64,000 bases of DNA from Takakia lepidozioides (GCA_030704615.1 CM060731.1:50654001-50718000), one strand, 5' to 3'; shown: positions 25,248-40,000, counted from the stretch's first letter. Notes: generated by a model from the letters alone, not told the origin. Numbers and translations: made by a program.

Positions 25248-28200
25248 ATGCTGCAGCTGCTGCCAGGAGTTGGCCACCAGGTTGGGCACTTTGACGCTCC
25301 AAGCTCGGCATGGTTTGAAGGCATTGTGGGGTTAGGGGTAGGCGTAAGAGGAAAGAGCTGGGGTGCATTGCGGCATTCCAGGGGTGTGCATGCGATTGTG
25401 GAGAGGCAGGTAGGTTTTACAAGCTGTGGGCTCTGGACATCTCGCGATTTGGAGACCAAGGCCATGCTAGGCGTTTCTGTTGGTAAGTGGAATTCCTTAC
25501 TTCTCTCACCCTCACTGCCTCTCTTCCACACTTGACGGTCAGCTAGATGGACGTTTTTTACCTTAGCTAAATCCTTCGCGAAGCTGCATCATGCAGGAAG
25601 AGATTTGTGCATCCTGGTCCTACCCCATTTTCTATCCCATGTTTTAAGCTTCTCTTTTGACTGCAGACCAGTTGGTGCAACCGAGGAGGTTATCAAGCAA
25701 GTACTTGCCACTACAAGGGCCAAAATCTGTGCTTGTATATAATCCTCGAGTAGAGATGTCACCCTTGTTAGTCATCTATAGTAGTCTGCTCAATGCACTC
25801 TGCAGTTTGACTGCAGTTAGACTGCAGAAACTAAATGTTTGAAAGCATGCAGCCCCATTGTGGGACACTTTGAAGTTACTTGGGTGGCGTGAGTAGAAAG
25901 CTTGGTCCTATCATTGTCTGCTGACAGACAAGTGCACGAGGTATCTTGTACTAGGGAATGCCTTAATCAATTTATTTGATAATTTGATGTTGCTTGCAGC
26001 TCCCATTGATACCCCAGCACCTTCATCCATAGTAGCTCAAGTTGCAGGTCAATTCTTGCCTCCACACAACTCAGTCACTTAACAGTCATTCAAGAGATGT
26101 AGGTTGTGCATAGAGGTATCCACCTAAGGATTTGAAGGATTTGGTGGAATGATGAGTACTTGTTGGGGGGAATACCACATTTGACTGGTTTTAGTGAGAT
26201 TTGGCAACTGTAACAGTTTACTGGGCATTATTTGCATTCACTTGCTATGGTCTGTTCGATATAAACCTTCAAGAGCAATGGATGCTATCTTGCCTGTAAC
26301 TGGATATTGGCAAATGGTGGGGTTTTTCAGCTGCTCAAGAAGATGTCATCAAAGCAGTAGGCCTGAAGATTCATCGGCTGAGTGAACTTAATGCTTCTCA
26401 AGTCCAGGACCTTCGAGCCCGTCCCCGTATCGACTTCACTTCCATTTTTGATACGGTAGCTTTTTGCCTTGTTTTGGTTGAGGCTCACCTTCATGGCATA
26501 GTTTATTGGTTGTATATGTATGAGATTTGCAATGGAGTCTCATTGGAGTATGGTATTTTGTTTATGGGTGGTAGGTTTCACCCATTGTTGAGGATGTCCA
26601 CAGGCGGGGAGATGTGGCGGTGAGAGAGTGAGGTTTCTAACCCATCACACAGTATGATGTGTTGTGTTCAGAACATCAATCATGTGCCAGCAAGCTGAAG
26701 TTTAGAGAGTTTATTAAATATCATCAGGGACAAGCAGATAGACTCAGGGTTGTCATGTCAAGTCGACTGACGGCATAGTGCCCGGTTTTGTCCACATGAA
26801 GAAGTTTGAAAATATTTTGGCTTGTTTGAGCAGATATACATCCCGATTCGATGGGGTGAACTTTGAGAAGGTTGTCGAGAGGGTTTCCGATTTGCCAGAT
26901 CCTATGGTAAGCAAGCCTGTATTATCAAGATATGTATCCCTCTCAACCACGCACCAATGAACCTTCTGAAGGGATAAAACAATTGTGGTGGAGAGTTGCA
27001 TCCGTGTTGCTTGGTATGTATCTTCATCTGTGCTTTCATTTGATGAAACATATGGTCATGTGTTTAGCTGGAGCCAGAAGTAAAGGCAGCATTTGATGTG
27101 GCATACAACAACATCTGGGTCTTTCATGCTGCACAGCAAAAGACACAACAGCTGCAAGTGGAGACTATGCCAGTGGGTGCTACCTTCCTTTAACCTGTGG
27201 TAGTGATATTGTCTTTGTGCGTATGCTTTCATAGTCCCATCTGCTGTGTGAGGTCTGCAATGGGTTGAGATTGTGCTAGCTTAGGCTTGGTGCCTGATGA
27301 AGCAGAAGCAGAGGCGACAAGTTTTGAATAATGCATTTTCAAAGCACCTGTGGAGAGAGAAGTAGAGGCAAGTATGAAAGCAGAGTATTGCGACTGTGGT
27401 GAAACTAGCTAGTCTAAGGAGGAATGCTTGATGAATTGATTAAACTCTTGTGATTCTGTGGCTGTTGAATTGGGGATTGCATTTGTTTCGGCAGGGGGTG
27501 AAATGCCGGAGAGTGGCAAGGGCTATCAATCGAGTTGGCCTCTATGTCCCTGGTGGCACGGCTGTCCTTCCATCCACTGCCCTCATGCTTGCTGTGGTAT
27601 GCAATTTGAACTACAACATTTGTCCATATTGAATGTTCCTGCACATACTCTTTCTCTCCCTCTCTTGTGTAATATTATCTTATGTTCTTTGACGTACGTT
27701 CTTATGAGGGGATTTCATGCAATACGAAGAGGTAGTGAAGACCATCGAGCATATAATGTCCAGATCCCGTGATATGCATGGTTAGGGTGGTGGGTGTAGC
27801 CTGCACAGATTGCGGGATGTCGAACTGTGGTTGTTGCAACACCACCAAGAAAGGATGGTTCTCTTTGCCCGGTAAGCACATTGCCTGCTGTTTACATACT
27901 AGCTGTGTGATTGAGGTTTCCCCAAAGATTGGTGAAACAGCATGCTTTATTGCAAACCCTACACTTGCGCTTTAAAGAGCTTTCAGGTTGGAACTTAGAA
28001 CTCTATACATGTTGAATAGTTATTGGGAAATTGTAAGTTCCACTTCTTGCTGATATCCCTTGCAATGCTCGCAGGAAGTTCTCTACTGTGCAAAGAAAGC
28101 AGGTGTGACTCACATACTGAAAGCTGGCGGAGCTCAGGCAGGCACTCAGTTTCCCTGCCTCATGGTCTACCTTTTATGTTTTCATTGTATCAATTTTGGC

Positions 28201-31200
28201 TTTTGACAGAGACTCTCTCTCCGCTGCTCAGCACAATCCCCCTCCCTGTCTTTAGCCAAATCGGGGGATGAGCAGTTTTGCAGCAACCTGTGGTTTCTAG
28301 CATGATGTTTAACCGGTATGTACTAGCTCTTGCTGGCTTTATGTAAGTACTCTCGCACATCCTCCATACTCTAAGGGTTAGAAACCCTGCATCTGGCTAG
28401 GAGATGGTTGATATCCCCATTGAGGATACGTACGTGGTCATATGGAGCAGTCAATAGAGTATTTGCCTAGCAGGGCCAGTCCATAAAGAGGAATACTAAT
28501 TCTCAATGCCAACCGATATTCGCACATTATGCAATTGTTAGCGAATAATAAGACGACTGTTCTTGGAGACTGGAAAGAAGTGCAGGAATTGATCTTCTCT
28601 GTATTGGGATTTGCATGCAGGCTGTTGCAGCCATGGCTTGGGGCACCGAAACATGTCCCAAGGTTTGTATCCTCTTCCATTCAAGACTATCGGATTCTGA
28701 TCATGTTGTGGATTTTCTAATTCAATCAACAAGAGCCTCTCAGCAATCATGTTAGAAGTCCTATATGCTAAACAATTCTCCGTCCTGTAACCGAGTGGCC
28801 CTTTATTGAAGGGGTAAACTGAGCATGATAGTCAATGATGGATGAGTAGTCGACTATTTTCAAAGGCTGACTGGGATGCTGACCAGAAAGCCAGCTCCTG
28901 CAGTACATGCTAAAAGGCCAGTCACAGGGCCTCTTTCCATGTGAAACCCCACGCGTGGATGACCTAGGCCAGAGAGCAGGTCACTCCAGGAAGGCCTTGC
29001 TATGTGCAACCTGTTGAGAGCAGCGGCTACCGGGATCCAGTTTCTCTTATTGCTTCTATCACACATAACTACTTGCTGTAGTAGGTTGTAGAGATTGTAA
29101 AGACTCGAGATAGCAGGTTACAGAGCTGCCTGTGACCGGCGGAGCCCAAAATCCGCTATTTGCGGTGGCTACAAACCCCCTCACCCCAGAACGGGTTGAT
29201 GGAGTGCCAGGTCACACTACAAGGTGCTTTGACCCACGCTGAGATATATGACGTCAAGTTCAGGGGTTAAGGGGATCACATGGAAAGATTCCCTTAGCCC
29301 GTATAAACAAGGCATCCCAGTCTTTGCAGCTAGAACCCATGTATTTGCTTGCGTAAACACAATTAGGTGCATTTGGCCAGAAATCTATCTGCTGACTATG
29401 CCTAGACTGAGTAAATTCAATTGCAATCAAACAACACTGGTAAAACATCCTAGTGAGGGCTAGAAAATTAATACGAAGCACACATCCCTGTATTAGATCG
29501 TGACGACAAGAATATGGTGCCCAAAACCTTATGGAGTCATGTGATGTTGCCTTCCTGAAAAGGTCTTCACTTTTTAATGGTCAGTATTAATTGGGAATTG
29601 ATCTCTCCAGGCCCTATTTACCCTTTTTATAAGATACCCACCTACTAGTAGCTTTGCAGAAAAGCTGATTTATCCACAAACAATAGCCTATTTTCTGGAT
29701 TTGATCCCAAATGGGTCACATTAAAATTAATTTAAGACTAAGGTATTTAGGAATAGGTCAGTGCACTGTTGAAGAGCATGTTTACAGGCTGCAAGCTTTG
29801 GCTATATGTTGGAAGCTGACATGTCCAAGAAAGTCTCTTTCAAACGGAGGAAATCCAAAGATGCAGACGATCTACCATATCTAGAACCATAAATCAACAT
29901 GGAGTGTGGTTAAAGTATTCTGGAATCTCTACCTTCTGTGAAATTGGGACTCGACTGATTTTGTTGAAGGCTGGCTTATTTATGCAGGTAGATAAAATTT
30001 TGGGCCCTGGGAACCAGTATGTTACAGCTGCCAAAATGATCCTGCAGGTATGAGAAATTTGAGACCTAGCAGTCGAGCCTTTTCCTTCTTTTTGCCTTCA
30101 TCAAACTGGGGGTTTCCCCTTCAACCTTAGCCAGTTATTCCCAGGAACCAGTGGCAATTGCAATATGCATAATCCAAGGTGCCCGTTCATTCAATGGGAT
30201 TATTATCATGGTGCTGCTGCAATATCTATGTCCAGAGAACCCATGCACTCATCTCAAAACACAGACTCTTAAGACAATTCCTAATTTTCAATATCTCTGT
30301 AATGTCGGGTCTGCAGAACAGTGAAGCAATGGTGTCCATCGACATGCCTGCTGGTCCATCAGAGGTCTTGGTGATTGCGGATAACCATGCCAACCCTGTG
30401 CATGTTGCTGCTGATCTCCTGTCGCAGGTATTTTGTTCCATAGTGATCTGAGTGGTTCATGCCATGGAAAGGTGGTATAGTTCTTGCATGGGATTTGGAG
30501 TGCCGATAGCTCTGTGCTCTAGCATGTGGATGTTAGTATCAAATTTTCTGCCTTGCTTTGCTGTATGAATTGAATGTATGTTGGTCTAGGACAGAAGACA
30601 CTAATTGGCTGTTTGGATGTGTATGAAGGCGGAACACGGACCCGACAGCCAGGTGGTATTGGTTGCTGTAGGGGAGAAGGTAGATGTAAGCGCCATTGCG
30701 CGTGAAGTGGAGAAACAGTGTGGAGAACTTCCCAGGGGCAGCATTGCTGCAGAAGCTCTATCTCACAGCTATATGCTGATAGTGGCTGATATGGCTGAGG
30801 TTATATTCTCCTCCCCTTGTATGCCAGGCCCAGTTAAATGATTGTATACCTGACTATAGCTTGTTTATTCCCCTAATTACGCAATTGTTCGTACTTTCTG
30901 TCTGGAACATCTTCATAAATCTGTGGAAATTCAGGGCACCTACGTGAAATCCTATGCTAGAAAGCTTACTAGTTAGTGGGAATATATTTGGGAGACAGGC
31001 TTGCGAATTCTCCAACATGTATGCCCCTGAGCATTTGATAGTCAACGTCCAGGACGCAGAAGTTTGGCTGGACAACCTTGATAATGCTGGTCAGTGCACC
31101 TTTTCCCTCCCCTTCCCAAATTCTCTTGAAGTCTCTCCCTTTGTGTGATCCAATCTGTTTGCAAGGCGTAAGGCCAAAAGGCTTCACCCTGTGCAGGGAA

Positions 31201-31619
31201 AACGAAGTTGTTTGTACTGACACACAGTATGCAGGGGTCTTTTTTTCTGAATAGCATTGGAATTTGAAGTACGTGCTGTTTTTGCTCATGCAACAGTGGC
31301 CTGATATCCTCATCCAATCTTCTCTTGAGCAGGGTCTGTCTTTTTGGGGCCATGGACGCCGGAGAGTGTCGGCGACTACGCAAGTGGTACCAACCATGTG
31401 CTGCCAACATATGGATATGCCCGCATGTATGGGGGTGTTTCACTGGACTCATTCGTTAAGTACATGACAGTACAATCTTTGACACCAGACGGCCTGCGGG
31501 CGCTAGGTCCCTCAGTTGCCAAAATGGCCGAAGTGGAGGGTCTTGATGCACACCGACGAGCAGTCACTTTGCGGCTGCGTGACATAGAGGCATTGAGCAG
31601 CAAACCCAGTCTATCATGA
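25248..31619 (+). CDS. HISN8: Histidinol dehydrogenase, plastid-targeted, multi-exon
   Basis: Motifs [91 protein letters not shown] and EGLDAH. Exon 1 (25248-25482, phase 1) looks like a transit peptide and joins in frame. One GC-AG intron. Confidence 0.96.
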
Positions 31620-32602
31620 ATTGTATTTAGTTTTTTCCTTCTGATTTGCTACAGTGAAGTGAGACCCAGCTGCAGGAAAGACGTGGAAGAGAGAATGATC
31701 TACTACAGTCTGTACTTTCCATAGCATTATTGTGACAGACTCAGTACATGGTTCTCTAATTAGTGGAAGATGCATAGCCAATCACCATTGAGGCATTGAG
31801 CAGCAAACCTAGTACAAAAGAGCTATTCGAGCTCACCTCTTCGTAAAGCATCCTTTCTAGTTCCTCTGGAACCTGCTATAGCAAGGCAGGTTAACAGCAA
31901 TTGTTAACCCAATTTCAGTGCTTTCTGTGATACCACTACATTGGCCCATATGGAAATCAGATTCCTATTATGTGTGTCGATATGCATGGCCAGCTAGACT
32001 TACCTGTACATAACACAGTGCACAGTGTTTTTTTTTTTTCGAAGTTGGACAACAGGAGTGGCAACTGAGTTTTGCAGGAAATAGCCATATTTTCTGTTCG
32101 TCCACTGAAATTTCCACAGAATCATCGTCCTCTGTAATTTCATCCATGTATATCATCCATAATAGGCGAATTCATCCTCAGTTTGGCGAATTCATCCATG
32201 AGAAAATAGGGAATTTACGACAGAATATTCGATTTGTTTTTTGACGTCGAAAAAGTACGAAATTCGCCAGAAATAAAAACACTCGTACATATGCCCTTCA
32301 ACAATTTGCTTTGCCCTCTCTGTAATAAGCAGCCATGGATGATGGAACAGGCGATGCGTGTCGTTCGTGTATTGACGAATGATAGAAAACATCCATCGGG
32401 ATGCCTTCAGCAATAAATGCAGGTTTCATCCATTAATGGATTAAATAAGCAAATACTGAGCAGAAATTGGTCCCTCTACGGCGTTTTACGAGGTCTTTTG
32501 TTCCTTTTCTTTTTTTTCCGTAAAACATTTTCCTCGTGTTAATCTGTTTAACCGGGCACTCAGGTTCCCGTTTCTTCCTAAGAATAAATTAAGAAAAACG
32601 GA

Positions 32603-32621
32603 TTTGGCGCGTGGCGGCAAA
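32603..32621. promoter_or_regulatory. Pair of inverted E2F sites upstream of CDC45
   Basis: TTTGGCGC (32603-32610, +) and TTTGCCGC (32614-32621, -) both match TTTSSCGC, about 440 bp before the ATG of a replication gene. Confidence 0.65.
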
Positions 32622-33053
32622 ACACGAAGTTGGATTCAAACAGAAAGAAAATTCAAACGTGCTCTCCCTTTGTGCGACCAGACCTTCCACGCCATCGCTC
32701 AGCCCTGCTCCTGTTCTCACTGCGCTTGCTGCAGACATGCTTCTCTGCGATGGCAGCAAGGATTGAAGGAAGGAAGGGAGGAAGATAGGAGTTTGTGAGC
32801 AGAGATGAGACAGGGTGCAGACAAGCATGGGGGCGCAGGCTTGGCTGCAGATCGCACAAGGAAAGTATGGAGCTTACATCACCGTCACGGAATGTCTAAT
32901 CAGGTCGTGGAACAATCACGGGGAACAGAGATGACAGCGGTGGAGATTAGTATGTAGGTGTTAGTGTGTGCATGGGGGCGGAGATGAGACAAGGGAGGAA
33001 GAAGGGATTTCAGAGCTAGAGTGGAACGCAGGGGGGGCAGGTGAGTGGAGACG

Positions 33054-35082
33054 ATGGTAAGGGAGACGAATGTGGGAGTTTTTTATGAGAAGCTCCAGCA
33101 GGCGGCGGTTGCCGCCAGTGGAACCCCTCTGCTCATCTTCCCCTCGGCCTGTGACACGGATTCCTTGTGTGCCATGAAAATTCTGCACAGTTTGTTAGTT
33201 ATGGATTCTATACGTTACTCCATGTATCCCGTGGCCAGGGTTGGTGATATTCAGAGCGTGGCATGCCGATCTTTGAGTGCGACTGACCAGGCAGTGGTAA
33301 TTCTGTTGATCAATTGGGGGGTCTCCTGTAATCTGCATAGGCTGCTCAAACTGGGCCCGCAAGCAAGGGTGTTTGTGGTGGATAGCCACCGTCCCATCCA
33401 TTTGCACAATTTGAGTGACGCGAACCAGCAGGTGACTGTGCTCTTCACCCATGAAGATGAGCTGCAGGCCGACATGTCCCACAGCTCGATCTTGAAGAGG
33501 CTGTCAAGTTTCGCCGACACCTATTCTTCGGAGGAGCAAGATGTTGACAACAGTAAGAGTGACGATGAGTCAGATGAGGATGATTACAGAGATGAAGACG
33601 ATGACGGGGAAGCACCGAAAGTGAAACGCAGGAGAAAGGAAGGGGTGGGTGACCGAAAGGAGGAGCAAATGCTGAAGGCCGAATACTACAGGATGGGATG
33701 CTTTCATGGGCGGCCGGCTGGTTGTCTCATGTTTGACATGGCCCACGCCTTGCACAGGAACAAAAACGAGTTGCTCTGGCTTGCTTGTGTCTCCCTCACC
33801 GATCAGTTCGTTCATGAAAGGCTTACCAAGGAGAGATACACGGTAACTCAGGGGGAGCTCGAAAGGCATGTGACCAGCGCTGGCAATCTGGAGAGAGTTA
33901 CTTCTGTTACCTTGAAGGATGGTACAAAAGTGAGGGCACCGGATGTATCAAGAATTGTTTTTGATGTTGAACCCCGTCTGATGCTGCTGAGAGAGTGGAG
34001 TCTGTACGAGGCTATGCAATGTTCCCTTTACGTGGCACCCAAGCTGAAGACCTGGGGTGATCAAGGCTTACGCAAAATGAAGCTCTTACTTGCGAGGATG
34101 GGCATCCCACTCACAGAATGCCAACAGAGGTTCAAATACATGAAAAGCGAAACGAAGAAGAGGCTCGAGACACAGTTCGAGCAATTCGAGTCCGAGTCTG
34201 GTCTTACAGAGCTTTACTTCCGAAACTTCCATAGGCACCACGGATACAACGACCGAGTATCTGCTGCTGATGTTGTCTATGGAGTGACAGCCCTGCTGGA
34301 GACACCAGGTGTGAATGGAGAAGGTGATTGCACTGACAACTTTTGGGCGGCATACGAAGCTCTCTCCACTGATAAATGGGAGGAATTGCGAGCAGGGATG
34401 CAGCTGGCGATCAAGGTCCAACGTGCCTGTCTCCGCCTCGGAAGTGCTGCCATTGTCAAGAGTGGCGCCATCGGCATGTGCCGGGCATTCAGGTAAGCAA
34501 ATTTGGTCCTTCATTTATTGATACTGCCTCCTGAGATAGCAAAGAAGTAGACCTAATCCTAAGTAGAAAAAGTAGAAACTGTTCGGTTAAGTGCGTGGCA
34601 GGTTTTCAAATTTTACTGTTGATTTCCCCCTCCACAGGTCACCGCAGAAATCTGAACTCACACTTTGGCATTACCTATGAAGCTGATGACTTCTGACGTT
34701 GATAGCATTATTTGATTTGTCCAGGTATCACAAGCTTCCCGACAGCCCAGACTCACAGCTGCTGGCACATCCTCTCTCCCTCACAAAATTCTGCTATTTT
34801 CTCATGGATTCACTGCAGGAGCAAGGCCGCCGAGCATTGCCCATAGTTTGTGTAGCACCCATCCCTGGACCTGCAAATATGGCTCTAGTTGTTGGAGTCA
34901 CCCACCGGCCTCGCTTAGGAGCTGCAAATGGGAACAAGTTTGGCTTAGTGTTTCGTGCAACTGCAGAAAAGTTAGGAGCCAATTACAGTCACGATGCCTT
35001 TGAGTCTTCATGGATACATTTGGATGGAGCTGCTGTTAGCTCCTTCTTGAAGGAGTTGTGTAATACCTACAGTCCGCATTGA
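33054..35082 (+). CDS. CDC45: Cell division control protein 45 (CMG helicase component), 2 exons
   Basis: DTDSLCA, FVVDSHRPIHLHNL, acidic loop, LLWLACVSLTDQFVHERL, EPRLMLLREWSLYEAM, VSAADVVYGVTALLE. Exons 33054-34492 and 34725-35082 join in frame. Confidence 0.96.
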
Positions 35083-37045
35083 CACGTACATACCCTCTCT
35101 CTCTCATTCACCATTTGCTCCTCTCAATCACCGTCATATTGTACGGTCAGGCCCCTAGGCCCCTGTTATAATGTTGATCAACTGTCCAGTCTACTAGACA
35201 GAAAAGCTGGCCCGGTTCTGGTTAGTCCTCATTTGTCTTGTTTATAACAAAGTGAGCTGGCTCATCCTCAGAGATAAGTGAGACAAATGTGCCAACAATT
35301 TCTACATTCAAAAAGGAGTTGGCGACCTTACCATCAAGAAAAGTTCCACATTCTGGCTGAGATGGGCGGCCTAAATGTGTTTTCATTTTGGAAAGAGTAT
35401 GCGGTTCCTTACATCAAGTGTCTTCCAGTGTGTGCGAGGCAGCTGTCTGCATTCCCAATTTTAAACATGGGGTGCGTTAATGTGGAACCACTGGGTTTTC
35501 GATTACAGTATCCAAACCTATGACCTGTACATTGCATGTCCATCTTCTTTGGATTCTAGTTATCCCCTCTCTAAAGCCTCAAGGCCCCAACTGGTTAACT
35601 TGCTGGATCTCATAACTGCCGTTAAGTGCTTTTACAGAACGGAGTTTTTGGGAGGGTTTCAGAGATCCCTTCGCTTCTCTGGTTTGCTTTTGCTACAGTA
35701 CAGTGTGTCAGTGGCCTCATAAGTGCAGGTTTGGTGTCCATGTTGCAATTGCCTTGTTTTCTTTCTTCTCCCCTTCTGCCCAAACAGTGCGCTGGGCCAG
35801 AACTGACTCTGGCACTATTCCAATGAGCCTTCGGCAACTATAGTCATCCCTTCTCTAAGCCCAATGCAGAAGAAGAAAACGGTGACATACTTGCATTACG
35901 GTGACACACTTGAGGTTGGGGAAGGAGGTGTGCCAAGGCCATGGTGAAGTCACTGCCATTGAAAGAGTTTGAACTTTCAACCCTAACCTCCCACCTGACC
36001 TTGCCACAATGTTAGATGACACTGCATGTCAGCGTAGTCCCTGGTGCTCTTGCTACACAGGCAAACAACAAGGTTCTCTTGGAAGCAAAACAGGGCATGA
36101 TTTAGACTCTGTTGCCTAGCATTTATCCACTCACTTTGCGATGGCAGTAATGACACACAAAATATTAACACAAGGGTCCAGACAGGAATAACTTAGTGTA
36201 TGGTCTACATTACATTTTCCACATTTTTCTTCACAGATCAAGACCATAGTCTTATCTCAGAAGAAAGCAACTCTCCAGGGAAGGAAAGAAAGAAGCATGA
36301 AAATCAGGAACTAGCCAATGAATGTGAGCGAAATTTCTATGCCATTTCCCCGTAGGCAACATAAAGCATCAGCACTCGCTGCATTGCATATGGCCCAATG
36401 GACAGTTAGACATTGCTGCTCTATCCCAACCAGGCATGGGGTCTTTGGTTGCAAGACTAAGGTAAGCAGCATGCTTCTTCATGGTCTCCTTCAGAAAAGA
36501 AAAGAAAAGAGAAGAATAAAAACTAGCTTTTCCCTTCCTCATCATGTGATGCCTCTCATGTGGCCATTAAGTTATTTGTTGTGTCGTATGATGGAGGAGG
36601 GATGTCCCATGGGGCTATTGCCGTGTTACTGAGAATTTTGAATAAATTTTATGTTCCAAGCAGATGGGAACTCATAAAGTATGCCAGTGGCCACCAGATC
36701 ACAGAGAAAACTGACTGGTGATCGACAGATGAGCTGATAGCTCTTCATTCTGCAGCAAGCAAATCAAACTCTACTGTGTACATTTCTGTCTGTCTCTCTC
36801 TCACAAATACACACTAATGAGCCAGCACTGTATGGGTTTGTAGTTGCACTCTTTCTTAAGAGAGAGAGTTCAGATTTGTAAGCAGTCTTCCAGATGGACT
36901 GGCAATCACTGACCTTTTGTCCTAAAATGATGGTTGCACCTAAGGCCCATTTACAGCTGCATATATTTACAAGGTTGAAATGTGGCACTAGTGCAACAGC
37001 AGGGGTCTACTTCTAAACTTCTCCAAATGTTTCAGCTGCCCCAAC

Positions 37046-40000
37046 CTAAAGCCTCATTGAGCTTGATTGTCCCCGAGGTAACCTCTTCGCGATTTCCTGC
37101 CAAAATCGAACCAACCCCATATTCAGGCCAAGCAGGTCTTGGTGAATCACACGACAATGCTGAACATCTGACACACTATGCTTGCACTCACAAACACGAC
37201 TTCACTTGGAGAGTGTTCTGTGCTCTGGGGCATTCATAAGGTGGTCCCTGTAATGGGTGTACAGTAGACATTTCAACTGAGTCTAGTGTCTGCATAGTCA
37301 AGCTATTTAACGTATTATGTTGGCAAGCATGTACACCAGTTGACACTGAGTGGTAATACAAGTAGGCCTTACTGGGATATGTTACCTCAAATAGTTGATT
37401 GACATTGTCTGCTGTTTTGGCTGAAGTCTCTATGAAAAACATGCCATTGCTATCCGCATATGCTTGGGCATCCTGTAACACAAACACAAGCTTCAGGCAG
37501 AGTTCTCTCTGTCTCACCATGTGGACTGAATTCTCATTAGCAATGGAAAAGTACTGCAGTGAATCAAGATGGATGCATGATAAATCCACAGCAGGCTTCG
37601 GGCATGATGATATTGTGCAAAAGCCTTTGCCGCAAGGCAAGTAACTGCTCTCTGAAAATGGCTCTGAATTCAGTTGTTACACCTGGTGCCTTGAGAATTG
37701 GGTTCCTAGGCTCACCAGGGAGTGTTGGAAGACAACCATGGAGCCACTTAACACTGCTTCCTGTGAAGAATCTTACGAGCTAAGAGCAACACATCAGGGG
37801 TAGTTACACGGGAAGAGATGGATACTCTCGCCCTCGAGTACGAAGCAAATTCCATGTTTCACTCTTCCTCTCCCTGCTTCACTCACTGCCATCATGTAGG
37901 TTACCAGTGAGAGCTTTTCAAGTGGTACGATGGTTAGCTCAAACAGACATCTTCCAACTGTTGGTTTAGTGAAGTGCAAGGAGTCCTCCACCGGCATGGG
38001 TTCAATGGGAGACTCTGCCTCATTTGCCCATCACAGATGTCCTCCACACAAACAGGAGCAGAACAGCGTGATCTGAGAGGATCTCAGCAATTATATGCAA
38101 AGGATGTGAAGGATCCAAAAAATCAATTCTATAAGGCTGACGACATGGTCATTTGAGATGACTGGATTATCATGGCCTCATACTTCTCAGCTAAATTCTC
38201 TACTTCTCATCCCAGGGCCCTAGGCAAAAGTAGAGTGGGCTCCACAGCCTCTTAATTGAGACAGGCAGATGGGCTGGGACAGCTCATGAAGACATGATCT
38301 GCCTACATTGCACCATGGGCAAAGTGGGCGAGGTGGGGACTGAGAACCATTTCTCCGGCCTGCTACTATATCCAGGGACAATGTTTGTGTGACAGAGCAG
38401 GACTTCACGTTCAGAGACGAAAACTTACTTCCTGCGAAACTGAGCGAGCATCTTGAAGGTCAGCCTTGTTGCCGACTAATGCCATCACAATGCTAGGACT
38501 GCCATGTTTTTGCAGCTCCTGTTATAACAGAGATCGATCACACATGAGAAGTTTGTAAAGTAAGTACGAGTCTATCTAGCCAATGCCAAAAGTTGGCGTG
38601 CAAAGAGTTCCAGTGTACACTATTCTGAACACACGTGACTCGTGCTGAAAAACATGTGTGGCAGATGTCGAGCTCATGATGGTGAGGAAGGTGGAAAGGA
38701 AATGAACCTTAACCCAAAACTGAGCTTTGTGAAATGTTTCAGGACTAGTGATGTCGTACACAACCACCGCAGCTGCTGCCCCCCTATAATACAGAGGTGC
38801 CAATGATGCATACCTGTTGGCAAATACAGGACGCAGTCTGTCATTTTGAAAGATAAACATAGGCCCAACCCAGTAATTGGAACTATAGTTAGGAGTATCA
38901 AAGAAATCTACACTAAGAAGGTGAAGTGAGGAAAGGAAAATTGCAGCACCAGCACTCACAAAACCAATGGGGCCAAAGACAAGTATATTCCTTCCCACTA
39001 CCCAGACCAAAAATGCTATATTTTGTGTGAAGAGAAGGCGACAAAAACCCAGCAGACCTTTCTTGGCCTGCGGTGTCCCAGATCTCAAACTTGACCGTTG
39101 TAGAGTCTTGCAAAGCAATTGTCTGTGAGAGAAATGATGCCCCCACTGTGACCTACACACCCCCCACGCTTCCACAGCCTCAGTTTCAGTCTATAAAGCT
39201 ACCAGGAGCTGGGGATGCTTCAAAGACTTTGTTCATTTGTGCACACCCACAAAACACACTAGCGAAGTAAACATTTAAAGGGGCTTCTATTTCATCTATG
39301 TAATTACTGAGTAACAACTCGATACAGACATAAAAAGGTCAAACTGATGTTGCACCAGTCCAAGTTAATACCTAAACTAGCACAACATCGAGAGCACAGC
39401 CTCAACATTGTCAATCACAAAGTCTCAGACCATCACCTTCATCATGTGGGGCAGTGAGAAGCTCCCATCACTCCCCACTGACTTCAACTCCCAACAATGG
39501 GTGTATTTTACATATAATTCTATACTCAAAAGTCATGGGCATACCATTATACAAATCTTCATACTGAGTGTCTGCCACTCTTCCTGAACTAATAGGAACA
39601 CTTCTATCTTTGCTTACCTCTCCAGCGTGAGCTCAGAGTCAAATAGGCTCTCACATTGATATATGGTTAATTGGAGAATGTCCCTGACTTTCTAGACTTG
39701 TCTCTCTTCTAATTTGCAGTGTTGCAGTTGAAATCATGACTGCTCCTACATTTGGATGGCACAAGTCCTGTTGCAGATGTACTGTCATGGTTTGATTTGC
39801 TAGGATGTATTCTATCTTCAACAGCTTTGTTTACTTCTGGCTTGATCTGCCGTTTTGTCTGTCAATAGATGTCAGACTTGAAATTCCTGATATAAGAGTA
39901 CTTACTTGGGTTAGGAGTTAGGCGTTCCCAGTATGGAAGAATTTCACACTGTTCTCTGCTTGTGTTCTCCACCGGAAGTTAATTTGGCTCAGTTGTGCCA

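Noticed and set aside
24935-25531. 198-aa minus-strand ORF
   Set aside because: Antisense to HDH exon 1 and its UTR, with no recognisable motif; probably a shadow ORF.
28786-29221. Solo-LTR candidate in an HDH intron (TGTA...TACA, AATAAA on the minus strand)
   Set aside because: No matching TSD, PBS or PPT, and no second copy in the window.
37046-37060. RabF1 C-terminal MRL as a peroxisomal signal
   Set aside because: Not a canonical PTS1 tripeptide, and ARA6 is targeted by N-terminal acylation.
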